From assembly GCF_964204865.1 (NCBI RefSeq), contig NC_135254.1:11098001-11162000 (forward strand): a stretch of DNA of 64,000 nucleotides. The letters run 5' to 3'. Source of the stretch: Styela clava. Lineage: Eukaryota. Shown one piece after another: positions 52,501 through 63,988 of this stretch (position 1 is its first letter; every line of letters starts with the position of its first letter). Made by a program: the position numbers and the translations under genes. Below the pieces are notes generated by a model. It searched no databases. It was not told the DNA's origin and worked only from the letters and a program-made list of their open reading frames with translations.

Positions 52501-55500
52501 AAAGTGTAGATTCTGGATAATTTATTTTTACCTAAATGACTTCGATGATTTCAGACATATGCCACAAAGATTTTTTTACTCAGAGCTCGAGATTTCTCAT
52601 AAAACAAGGCGTTGAACCCAACATTCAAACTTACGAAAACACTTCTTGTAGGAAAGGCATGTAGGCCGACGTTTCGACTGAACGAGGAGCCGATTATTTC
52701 TGCATCCACATGAAGATATCAAACACCATCGCTGGTGATAATGAACAGATTGATTTGCTTTGGTGCATTGTGGTGGACAGTTGGTGATGTTGTAGTGAGA
52801 TACATCGTAACAAGATTCTGTAGAAATTATCTTTTAACCCGTTTTAAATTACCGCGTGCTATTTATTAGAATTTGTAAATGTTTATAATTTGTGATCTAA
52901 ATTCAGACTTAGATAACCCAAAAAAATTTAATAATCGAAAAATTTGTGAAAATCCATAAAGAATAAGCTTCATTCTTAATTTTTGATTTGTGTCAAAATT
53001 TTTAAACGTAAAAATATGAATTTTAGTTTTTTAAATTTAGATAGATGTTCAATTTATTGATTACTTCAATTACTATTCCAATGTTTGAGATTTTGCTGAT
53101 GTGGTTTTGATTAATCAAATTACTGCCAGCACAAAGTTTGAAATTGGTTATTTTCATTTTATTCTAACAGTACAAAAAGAGACAAATCTTCGTGATTAAT
53201 CGGATTCATTAGCAAGAATGTGAATTTAAAACAAGAAAAGTGTAATGCTAAAAGGCAAAAACTAACCTTCGGGTCGTATTTTCATTTCTACCATTGTGTA
53301 GTAAACATCGTCTGACTGATTTGCAAATATCCCTCCTCTTCCTCGTCCGTCATAATTTCCGTTTAAATTTGATTTCATTGTGTCACCAAACCACCAGCCA
53401 GAATTGTAAATCTAAAAGCAAATATTATGTTTCAGGCACATTTTATGAGTAACCAAGACAAACTTATATATACTATATAAAAGTAGACAGTTAACAACAA
53501 AGTATTAAGAACCGTCATCATTTATACGTAAAATAGGAATATTGTACTGTTTTTGTTACTTACCCTTGAAAGACTGCTGTCGGGGTCTCGGAAGTTGTCA
53601 CGATCAAACGCAGAGAATATCGAGCCATTTTTCATCCAAGGTATGTTGGTCGCGTGATATGTCAGAGGATAATTGTATGTGATGCTACCGACACTAAAAC
53701 CCCTGGAACAAAGTAAATGCAATCATAGAATGAATAAATAAATAAATTACAACAAAACCTAAATGCTTTTAAATAAATCATTATATTTTTCAATTACCAA
53801 TTTTGTTCTGAAGAATTGAATATAGTGTTCACATTGATTTAGAAATGTTCGACGACTTTGTTAGGTTTAGATATTGTGGCAATTAGCGAACACTTCCTCT
53901 ATTTAGTAAGGTTATGCAGTAAGTATCGCAATCAACTCAGCGTTAAACGGAAATTCAAAATAAAATCTTATTTTTGTGTTTCTAATATTTGAAGATATAA
54001 ATTTGAACTCACGTAAACCATGCTTCTTCTATATTCCCGGAATTATCTCGAAGCTTAATTACCAGAAGCGTGTTTGTTTTCGAGAGAACGTGAATGTTTT
54101 TCAGACCTAGGAATTTGGAGAACAATTTTTTATTTTTGTATTCTATTTTTGAATTCTATTTTATGGAATTGAAATTCTGAAACAATAATTGATCACTGGA
54201 GTAAAATTTAATTTAAATACAGTTGATTGAAATATATTGAATATATTTTAAAAGTTTTGAATTTGAAGTTGGCTGCAAGGATGAACCAACAGTAAGTTCT
54301 GCAATAAAGACAATTTCACCTAACCAGAAATTACGTTCAACGTCGCCGAATCCATTTTCGTACTCGGCATATGTTCGATTAAAATTGATTGTGTTGTCTA
54401 TGCGCCGCTGGATAACCTAAAAATATAGTGAGAAATTCAAATTGCAAAATTTACAATTTGGCTTTCGTATGTAATTCAACTCAACGAAATCACTGATTGC
54501 GAATTATCGTTGGATAGACCGCGCCTTCACGACATACCGGTACGTCAAATTGAAAGGTGAATATTTAAACTTAAAGCAACCTACAACATTATTTCAACGC
54601 CATATTAGTCATAAAATAAACTAAGTTACATTGTCGGGATTGCATTGGAACGAGTTCATGTATTTTAATTGACTCGGTCAAATCGAGAGGAAATGGAATG
54701 CGTAGCTGATGCGATTCGATATTCAAAATTTTTCTAAAAATAAAAATATTAGTTTGCACCAAACAATTCAGTTTTTGGTATTAAATATCTATTATTACTA
54801 AATACCTGCAACATTTTTGTAACATGCGACAGTTGAGCAAAAAAAATAAATGTCAAAATTACAGATTCAGAATTAGGTCAATAGTGCATCATAAATTTTA
54901 TATTTTCAATATATTCTTAAATACATTGTATAAAGAGTTTTGGTCAAAGCATTTTTCTAACAAAAAGATTTTTTGTAGCACAATACATAATGAAGTATAC
55001 TTCGGCAACGCTTCAAAACGTGGTATTTGTGTTGAATAGTTCTCGCTCTTTAGTGGTATTGTCTGTTAACGCTTATTCGTTTATGACCAATACAAGGTTT
55101 TTATAGAAACTAAAACGACTGCACAATTTCATTTTTGTACAAGAAATTGTTGGCTATGCAAAACAGTGGGAATAAAAATATGATTTTTTCCCAAGGTATT
55201 TCATTTTTTATTTGTGACGAGAGAGCCTAAACCTGTTCACGTTTAATTTCTCAGGTCAGAGGTCACGTAACAAGATTTTTTCTAAATATATTGCGGAGGA
55301 AAATATTGCATGAGCCATCAAATAATTAGGCTGCGCACATAGATATATTTTGGTCTTGCAGTTTACTAACAAGATTCAAATCAAGTCGAGTTGTTTTGAA
55401 AATAATGAATATAAACGCGAGGTTGTTTAAATTCAGGCTCATGAAATATGCTAAACTAAACTTGTTTGCAACAATGTCGCATCGGTATGCTTTAATTGTA

Positions 55501-57809
55501 TAGACGGAATAAAGAAGTAATTAACTTGGCTCACCGATTCTCGCTAATTCGAATGAGTAATTTTGCAAACAATATTCCATCATTACTATAATACAAAAAC
55601 TGAAAACGATTGAGAAACTCACTGTAAAACTGTATTGATCTTTTTTGTGGCAATCGCAGAAGACAGAAACATTTTTTGAGTCATTAGTTCCATCAATACT
55701 TGGAATGTTGATTAAAAACGTTCCATTATTTGTTAAAAATCTTGCTGTTTTGTAGGCTGCTTTGTTCAAGATCATGCAGCCATCGGTGCAATTTTTTGCT
55801 GCAATATTTAGCAAGATGCAAAATTCGAAATAACATTGAAATTTTCTCACATTGTTTTAGGCAAAATACAATCACGCATGAAAAAATTCGCTATTGTAAA
55901 CTCGATTACACAAAACAAATCAAAGGAATGGAATCTTTTGTATTGATATTACACATTTCATTCAACATCTGAAAAATGTCATTCAGGGCATGAAAATCTT
56001 TATACATCTACAAGTATTTTTTTCGTGAATCTACAGCAAATTTATTACCAATCTATCAATTGTATTTTAATGTTTATCAGATGAATAAGATTTGAGTAAG
56101 AGTTGTTGTAATCATTATTTCTGGACAACAATTAGATATATGAAAAATGCTGGCGCTTTTCAGCACGTGGATTATGCACAAACGAATGCTTTGCCAAATG
56201 GCAAATAAATGAAAAATGTTACCTGTAATCGGATTGGAAGATTCCTTCGTTGTGGCAGGGACGTTTGGAGTTGAAGGTGTTTGCTTCGTGGTTGTCGTAT
56301 CCACTTTCGCTTCTAAAAAAATTCCAACGTTATATCACCATACCGTTGACCGAAAATTGAAGTCGATTTTAGCTCAATATGAAAAATTTAGACAAATTAA
56401 AACGTCATTTTGGTCAGTGAATACATATATTGGAAACGATGTCGGCTGACACAAAATAAAAACTTTGTTAGAGAAAGGTTGATTGCTAGCTTATAGGTAT
56501 CAGCGTTTATTGGTATCCGTTTTACGAGAATATTAATTCAAATTGTCAGAAAATCAATGATTAGTACACTAATACCTGAGTTTGTGACAGTTGGCGCATG
56601 AGTCGTAAATTTGTAAGCTGTACTTTCAACCGGATGATCATTGGATCGCATGGGTCCAAATACAGATGTTTCTATTTTTATATTCGGCTTCAAGACTTTG
56701 CCGCCAGAATCACTATTTACTAGTTGTTGTTCTACCTGTTCTCTGATGAATTTGAGGATTTCGGGATTGTTTTCAATATCTAGTAAGGAAAAAGTAGATC
56801 AGAAAACAATGTTCAAGTCGAGTTTTATTATTATTAAATGAGTCTTTTAAAAAGGATCATTAAAAGAAAATCGGAACTGTTTAGAAATAGCCAGTGAAAA
56901 ATATTTGCGGATACCGTTTTAAATGTTCGATTCTTAGTTTCATCACATACTTTCGTGACGGAAATTGTCATCAAATTCTTATATGGCTGTTTAAATATAG
57001 GTTACTAACACAACATAAAATCGAATTCACTTATCTAAAAATAAAAACATAATTTCAACATACCCCGCATTTGCTCCTGTAAAAAAATAATAAAGTTATT
57101 TTATAATTCAAAGAGATTAACCAGAACTATAAATGAATATACAATAATAAATTAGTTTTAGATGATCAATGATAATTTAAATCATTTACAAACTTTTTGC
57201 GCAATAACATATCAAAATATTCAGGTAAAATAGTTATTAGAATCATAATTATATGTAGAACTATCTAAAATTTTAAGTCGGCTCAACATATATGAATTGA
57301 AAGAAAAGGAAGGAAAGGTAAAAAATATTAGTATCTTTGAATATCTGATGGAACTTACCGCAGTCAAGGTGAATTCTTTACAAATGCCACCATTGCAGGG
57401 AAAATCTCCTATGGCTCCCAGACTCTGTATTACTATTGCTACTGAGAAAAATATGAAGTATTACAGTTGAGCTTGCACTTGCGCTAGGTTTATATCACGA
57501 TACAATGCAATACAACTTCTAACAAATGTGAACAATGTGTACTAAATGAAGTAAAAATGGAAATAATTGCAATTAGTTTGTTTTTCACGTAATTGATATT
57601 TATCTAAATATTGTACATTATGAAAGCTTTTTTATTTCGTCCTGATTTTTGTCATGGCATCAATAAGAAAAATTCCCTCTATCTAATCAATGTTTATCAA
57701 TGCAGTTTTAAACAAACTGAGCATTTAAAAATCTGCATATTGCAGATATACATATATAAAACGTCTCACCTCCTCCAAATAGAAGCCAAAACTTCAGTAT
57801 CATCTTCAT
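46566..57809 (-). CDS. Secreted protein with mucin-like Thr/Pro stalk and three tandem divergent fibrinogen C-terminal domains (FReDs)
   Basis: 21 exons splice in frame from MKMILKFWLLFGGVAIVIQSLG (57809) to ...CPFVNSGS* (46566). FReD1 (55798-53267): VIQRRIDNTINFNRTYAEYENGFGDVERNFWLGLKNIH, SGWWF, SNLNG, VEMKIRP. FReD2 (52390-48756): IIQRRVND..FNKTFREYERGF..YWLGLKKIHQLT, SGWWF, SNLNG, VEMKLFP. FReD3 (48487-46566): VFQRRV..NFSRPLSDYKTGFGDLKNGSFWLGLQKM, SLNG, IEMQL. Confidence 0.85.
47922..48152. mobile_element. MITE family A copy (FReD gene intron)
   Basis: ggtactccccaagtatgtgaaccaagatggcggacac... with a degenerate inverted right arm; homologous to 35203-35438. Confidence 0.85.
49080..50243 (+). 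mobile_element. Internally deleted hAT transposon (Buster/Charlie/SPIN group) with transposase remnants, intronic
   Basis: N-terminal remnant KVHEEGDSFDEKWELQYFCISQNSKAH..SISALKEYNTSRHYQNK (49307-49490) with upstream stops; C-terminal remnant FALLKLFKHSQRSRLTDDHVTSLIRVGT...KRCQ (49682-49837); termini tagtggttcccaaac and ttaggcccccccctg-like; flanks ttttagat / ttctagat (7/8 match, central TA). Confidence 0.85.
50680..50955. mobile_element. Interspersed repeat family D copy 2
   Basis: Homologous to 9225-9495 in the same orientation; left boundary approximate. Confidence 0.65.
52000..52245. mobile_element. MITE family A copy (FReD gene intron)
   Basis: gctactcatgtagtatgtgaaccaaggtggctgacacc ... 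gtccgccatcttggctcacatactacgggagcgc. Confidence 0.85.
57064..57076 (-). other. 13-nt coding microexon of the triple-FReD gene
   Basis: ttttttacag|GAGCAAATGCGGG|gtatgt. Converts phase 0 (end of exon 57359-57441) to the phase 1 required by exon 56576-56779. Confidence 0.75.
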
Positions 57810-59586
57810 TTACTACTATTTGTTTTCGAATCTTTAACTGATTACGACAAAGCAACAAAAAATATTTGCTAAGTCAACGTGCACAGACAAGTAAACAGGA
57901 CAGTCAAATGACAACTATATTTGTTGCATTTTGAATACGATTTTTATTTCTGTTACACATGACGGTACTCGGAGTGGGTATTCGTTTCTCTTTAGATAGG
58001 GCATCTTCTAGGTATCCAGGTCGCCTCGACTTACTTTGTTCTTTTAATATTCAATATTTAATTTATCTATTACTGTTAGACTTAAATCACGAGTGTTTCT
58101 GCTCGATAACCAGTAATGGTGCCTCCCTGAGGTACCTTTTTACTTCTTTTTTAAATTGTTTATTCATAATGTGTATTTTAGTATAGTGGGAAAATCAATT
58201 ACTGATTATATTACTCTTTTCATATTTATTAATAATAAACTTTTTTTTCAAATTTATACGAAAAGGCGAAATTCAGATTTATGGTGCCTTCTATAAATTC
58301 GAAGTTGCTAATATTCATCACCGGGGCTGTATAAGTTAGTTTAAAAACTAGAATGCAAACCAGTAACTACGCCGCAATACAAGAATTAAATGAAACATAC
58401 TAAATTATATAAATTTGTGAAGATTCTATCCTACTGTTTTGAAGAGTTTAAAATGCAATGAATTATTTTTTTGAAGTGATTTTACAGTATTTTTGGGCCT
58501 GTGAAAGTGCTCCACCCACGGAAGAAATTTACCAACTTTCAGTAATCTGACAAACCAAGTATCTAATATTTAACTATCCTATCCTTCAACCAAATCACTG
58601 TCAAAGATTCAATTACACCAAGCGATGTCTCTGCAAGAAACTTGAAACAAGACAACTTTTTCTAACATGCTTACGTGGATGATAATGCTGCTTGCTCAGG
58701 TTTTGTAAAAAGACTGTGCGATTTATGTGGTCGCTGAACGGTTTGTTTCACCTTTCGCACTCCACAAATAATGACGTTTCAGAAAAGATGCGTCATTCTA
58801 CAATTTTTTACTTCCGTAATGCTCATGATTACCGCCTACATGGAATGATATTTAGGTACTATTAAAATATGACTCTAGCTTGCTGTGCTCGCAATTCATT
58901 TACAACACCTGGAAAAAATTAATATCTGAGTAGAATAAATATATTTTCGTGAAAAAAATACGATCGATTGGGCATTAAATAGTAATGAAGGTGATAAACA
59001 AATAAATGAAACAAACAAAATGTACAACATTATTTGATGCAACCAAAAATATCAAGAGTAAATGAAACTAAAAGTATTAAAATTCTATGCTATAGAAGAA
59101 TAAATCAGTTTCTTCAACACTGTATTCAACACATTCTTTTGCTTTAACATCAGCCAACTGCGTGAAAAATAAAAGCAATGATATGTGTCATTGTATGTGT
59201 ATATTTACAACAATGCTTTCAAATGACTAACTTTGGTTAAATATATGTCAAAATTCGAATCTAAATAGGTGTAAACCTGGCAATACCAAACTATAATACG
59301 CACACATAAATAACTGCAAGTGCTTTTTTGGAGAATTTCAGAATAATCCACTTTTATATAGATGTTCAAGCTAAAGTTCAATTTTAGTCAAATTAACTAT
59401 TGCATGGATTCAAAATGATGGATGGATTTCTCTTATCAATACCGTTTAATTGAAGATAAATAGAAATTACTGCACATGGTACATGCAATAAAATACATCC
59501 GGAAATTAAGCTTGGAGCAATTGTTTAATTGATTGACTACTACTTGTTACCTTCTTAATTAAGACAATAAAACCAAAAATACATAC

Positions 59587-59864
59587 GGAAGTTTGCATTC
59601 AAAAGGTCATCCTCGTTTACAACACCGGCAATACTTCCATGACAAGATAATTCATCATCCATTCCTGGAGTACATTTTTCTCCCACCGCACAATCACTGT
59701 CATGTTTGCATTTATGAGATGTGATTGATCTAAATAATTAAATACAATATATATAATTCTCTTTTTTAATTGAATGTTAATAAAATATATTTACATGGCA
59801 AAGTACGAAATATCACTTACCCAACGATTCCAAAAATGAGAAGGATGATTACGAATAGTTTCAT
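59587..59864 (-). CDS. Small secreted cysteine-rich peptide precursor (3' exon uncertain)
   Basis: Exons 59821-59864 and 59587-59729 give MKLFVIILLIFGIVGSITSHKCKHDSDCAVGEKCTPGMDDELSCHGSIAGVVNEDDLLNANF. Canonical gtaagt and gtatgt donors; signal peptide; C-x5-C-x5-C-x9-C spacing. Confidence 0.75.
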
Positions 59865-60179
59865 ATTTTTGTATATATGATGGAAGTGAAGGAAAGCTGT
59901 AAAATAGTTTACTTAATTGCATACTCTACCATACTGTATTTTTCAATCCGCATCAATTGAATAGGTAACCATAGATTTTTAAAATATTATAACAGTATAA
60001 TTATGTAAACATAAATATAAATAAATATTTTGATTACAGCCTGAAAGTACAGCATGAAACACCAACCTGACTAGGCAATTTTGACGCTTAATACCTGATT
60101 TAAAGCGTCATGATCGATTACTCAGAGTTCACACTTTCAAGCATAAACATCCTGTTCGTGTCACATACCTATAATCACC

Positions 60180-62745
60180 TCGATTGCCTTGAGTATAAAA
60201 GAATTAATTGAGGGTGTATTTCTGAACGGCACCAACCACAACAACCTTGCCGAACTTTCATTATCTTCGCCGACCGATTAAACCGATAAAAAAGTAATTC
60301 AGCTAATAAAAATATTCCTAGATTATATGATTCCTCGTCATTATATGGTCTATGAAACAAGACGTTTGCAAAACTTGCTGCATCATTTTCTTCATCAAGT
60401 TTTTCATCTAAAGTAATATTGAATAAATGAGAGAGCTTGCTACAAAATCAATAATGATAGCCTACCAGTCGATTTTGCCTGAGATTGTAATTAGACGGAG
60501 AAACAGTTTGATGAAATGTTGATAAAGCTATTGCTTGCTATGTCTGGCCCTCAATTTTGCGCAATTTCCTAGGTTTGATTTGAATTTGTGATCATATGTG
60601 GTTTAAAAGCTGTGTTTGCTCATATTACCCAATATGATTTTTAAAGGATTGTTGGTTTGTTTAAACTGTATTTTGAAATCACATTTTACAGAACTGTGGA
60701 CTACTTCTGGACGAGTACTATTGTTTCATATTTTTAAAAACTCTGTAAATTAATTGCATTATATTGAGTATTGTTGAAATAGTTATTGTATCACGGAAAA
60801 ACCAATAAAGCACTTATTCACACAAAAAATAGTTCCGTAAATTGCGGTCTCGATTTGCTATCTGTGATTAAACGAACAGGTAAAATGTTTGACGAAAAGT
60901 TGTTCTGAGAGTAATTTCATAGTTTATTCGTCTGATTTTTGTAATGAACATTTTTGCCATTTTGTTTTTGTTATTGATTATGTTATTTCGAGACAGGCAA
61001 AGTTTTCTTCTGTCATTATACGACTGCGTCTTAACTGATGCTTTATCTCTGTTCCTAGGCAACTTGTATACTCATCTTTAATTCGGGCCGGTTTGTTTTT
61101 AGATTCATATTTGACCTGGGAGAATATAATTATAATCGCAGTAAATATAAATTTGTAATCGCTGGTTGTATGTGGAAAATTTTGTATACTCAACACACAA
61201 GATTATTGAATTTTATTTGAAGTTTTCCTCGGATTAGTACACGTGACGTAATTGACTCACATACACCGTGATCAGAGACTTATTTGAGATTTTCTATGAG
61301 ATAATAATACTATGTCGTCTCTTTACTTTCTTGCCATACATTTACATTCAAAATTGCATTGCATATCGATACTTACTGCGCGCTGTGCTCCTATCGCAAT
61401 GTTTTCGAAGCAAGGACTATTTATTGATTGTGTATTGCATATTGCGTTTTAAGTGATCATTAGCCTCAATGAAAATGATAAAATGCCTGATGACCGATTT
61501 TCCGACGAAAATAGGGGATATTTTAAGGCAGAATTTTTATTTTATTTACCCGGATATATTTCACGATTTGCACTATATCACATGATATTATAAAACTATA
61601 ATAAATAATTTACAGGTTGAACATCGTTAATCTTCTTTAACCTTCGTTCTGCTGAAATGAGAAAAATGAGAATACTTTTAGTCATCCTATTAATACAGTG
61701 TGGTCAAATCCGCAATCAATTATCGCCAATTATCTACTGGAAAATTGAAGTGTCCAGAATTCATAAAATTGTTCGGTATGAGAGACGACAAAAAAACAAA
61801 ATAACTTTTACCGAAATGTGCATATGAACAATATATTCAAACGCTAAAATGTTGTTCATTGAACAAAAAAAAGCAATTGGCAAAATGCATACTCACAGAA
61901 AGTTACCTTTTTCGTCCCACACGAGCAGGAAAAATAAGGTAATGGCACGTAACATATAAGTTTAAGCTCTTCCGTGTTATCTTCATCATTGTCATTCCAA
62001 AGATAAGATATATAGGTCATTAATCTAAATAGTCGTTAATTGGGGTAAATAGTTTACTTGATTTTTTTATCCCACGTGAAATTCCCAGAAGGACATTGTC
62101 ATTATAGTGAGTTACTTCTAATTTATGAAATTTTGATTTTTTGGAATAATAGGGTGACATCATTTTGTTTCGCCGACTTAATATTAATAAAATGTCTACA
62201 ATCTACATTAATTATGTTTATATTACCCGGTGTCTCCAAAGCATCACTTGTATTTATTTCATTTATGGTAGGTCTTGCACTGTTTTTAAATCTTAATCGA
62301 ATTTTTAATATTATGTATATTTATTCTCACCTGATACATCCTAGAATAGTAATCTTTACAATGTTTTCCATACTCTGACAAATAGAGTATATAGTCACGA
62401 AAATATAGTTTTTACAGGTAACCCAATGAAATCGCTATTGCTAAACTTTTTAAGTATAGTCTACTACGCAGTCTTCAAACGCGCTACTGGAATGACTAAA
62501 CTTTCCGATAAAGGTTTGCTCTTTTCACTGCGTCTGCGGAATTTTTATGCCAGTATTATTTCCAAAAATGTCTGCGATTTGGGAAGTGCTTCCTCTTGGT
62601 TGTTTCCTTATGCGTGCGTTGATTTGAATTGCTTTTACGTCTCGTGCTCATCACTATCAGACGACATTTCATCGTTGTATCGTGGAAAATTTGCTTCAAC
62701 CGAACATTCATGAACTTGACTTGTGTTTCCTTGTCGAAGACCCAA
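60180..62745 (-). pseudogene. Possible decayed gene fragments of unknown family
   Basis: Exon-like blocks with plausible splice sites at about 60180-60407, 60830-61115, 61907-62024 and 62440-62745. They have protein-like composition but several in-frame stops. No family recognised. Confidence 0.25.
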
Positions 62746-62762
62746 TATTGGAAGCAATTTTA

Positions 62763-62928
62763 GGTAGGCTACTCCCAAAGTATGTGAACCAGGATAGAGT
62801 TAGGCTATAATTTTAGGTAATAAAACTAAAATAAAAATGGAATAAAATTATGGCCTAACCCTGACCTCGTTGGTAAACATACTACGTTCCGGTGCCCACC
62901 ATCTTGGTTCACATACTTCGGTAGTACC
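62763..62928. mobile_element. MITE family A, shortened copy with 8-bp TSD
   Basis: TSD caatttta at 62755-62762 and 62929-62936; right arm ccaccatcttggttcacatacttcggtagtacc. Confidence 0.85.
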
Positions 62929-63121
62929 CAATTTTACCATTGAATTTCACATTTGATACAGTGATAAAATAGGCATAGGTGCAGGTTTTTATGAAATGTT
63001 CAGGCAGCAATTTTGCTTGAAGTGTTCGTTGAAGTAATAATGGTATGAGCGTGCTGACATACATTGATAAATATGTAATGCGACGCAATCGCGTTTCTGT
63101 ATCTTTACCACAGATTTACAC

Positions 63122-63450
63122 CAGGGGTGACCAAACTGCTTTCGACCGGGATCGACTAAAATCTTTAAAATAGCTCGCAATCAACTGATCGTTAATCATG
63201 ATCGACTGATTCCTGCCTAATTTTTAGTCGTAAGTTTTGAAAAACTCTCCCCCAACTTTGCCTGGTATCTATGTAAATAATATATTTGTGTTAGTGTGCA
63301 GCAAGACTCTTGAATTCCTTCGAACTGTAGATGTATATCGTATTTTGCACATGTACAGTACTGTATCCATCCTTCCGCCTTGAAGCACACAACAGGCGCT
63401 GGTATGAAATTAACCAACATCAGACGAGATCGACGTGTTGGCCACCCCTG
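63122..63450. mobile_element. hAT (Buster/Charlie-type) MITE with perfect 8-bp TSD
   Basis: TIRs caggggtgaccaa / ttggccacccctg; TSD atttacac at 63114-63121 and 63451-63458; iterated gatcgac subterminal motifs. Confidence 0.9.
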
Positions 63451-63696
63451 ATTTACACCAATAAGTGCTTTGCATATTGATATATACTAGACGCTATGCT
63501 ACTTCCGAAACGAGAAGCTGCTTATTGATCGTATGTTGCTTTGTCTGTTTTAGCATCCAGCTTCAATGTTAAGAAATAACGAAAGGATTCAAAGATATAT
63601 GTATTGACTTTCATTTCGATATTCGACACCGACGAATCGAGCATTCATTTATTAGATGAGATTGGTTTGTGTAAAATAGTTTACTATAAGAAAGTA

Positions 63697-63988
63697 TCAG
63701 AAAAATATAAAAAACACGATTGCAACAAATACAATCAACAGTGTTCCTAATCGAAAAATAACTTGTTTCTCTATTTTTCTCTGTAGTCCGCAGTCGTATT
63801 TCCACGTTTTATTCATATATTTACGAATTATTTCACTTCTGACATTTTCAATTGGGAAAGGTTTATGGGGAATTTCAACGTTAAGAAATTCACACAGTGG
63901 TTTCCAGCCATCTTTCACGTTGTAGACTAAAAGTTTTTGACTTGGGCATATCGATTTAACATACAAATTATGCTGACGATATCTTGAC
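63697..63988 (-). CDS. Last exon of a sulfotransferase-like protein (Sulfotransfer_4-type) with C-terminal hydrophobic anchor; gene continues beyond the window
   Basis: Acceptor tattag at 63989-63990, then SRYRQHNLYVKSICPSQKLLVYNVKDGWKPLCEFLNVEIPHKPFPIEN, matching the family GWxPLCxFL..P..PFP..N motif; ends LGTLLIVFVAIVFFIFF*. Confidence 0.8.
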
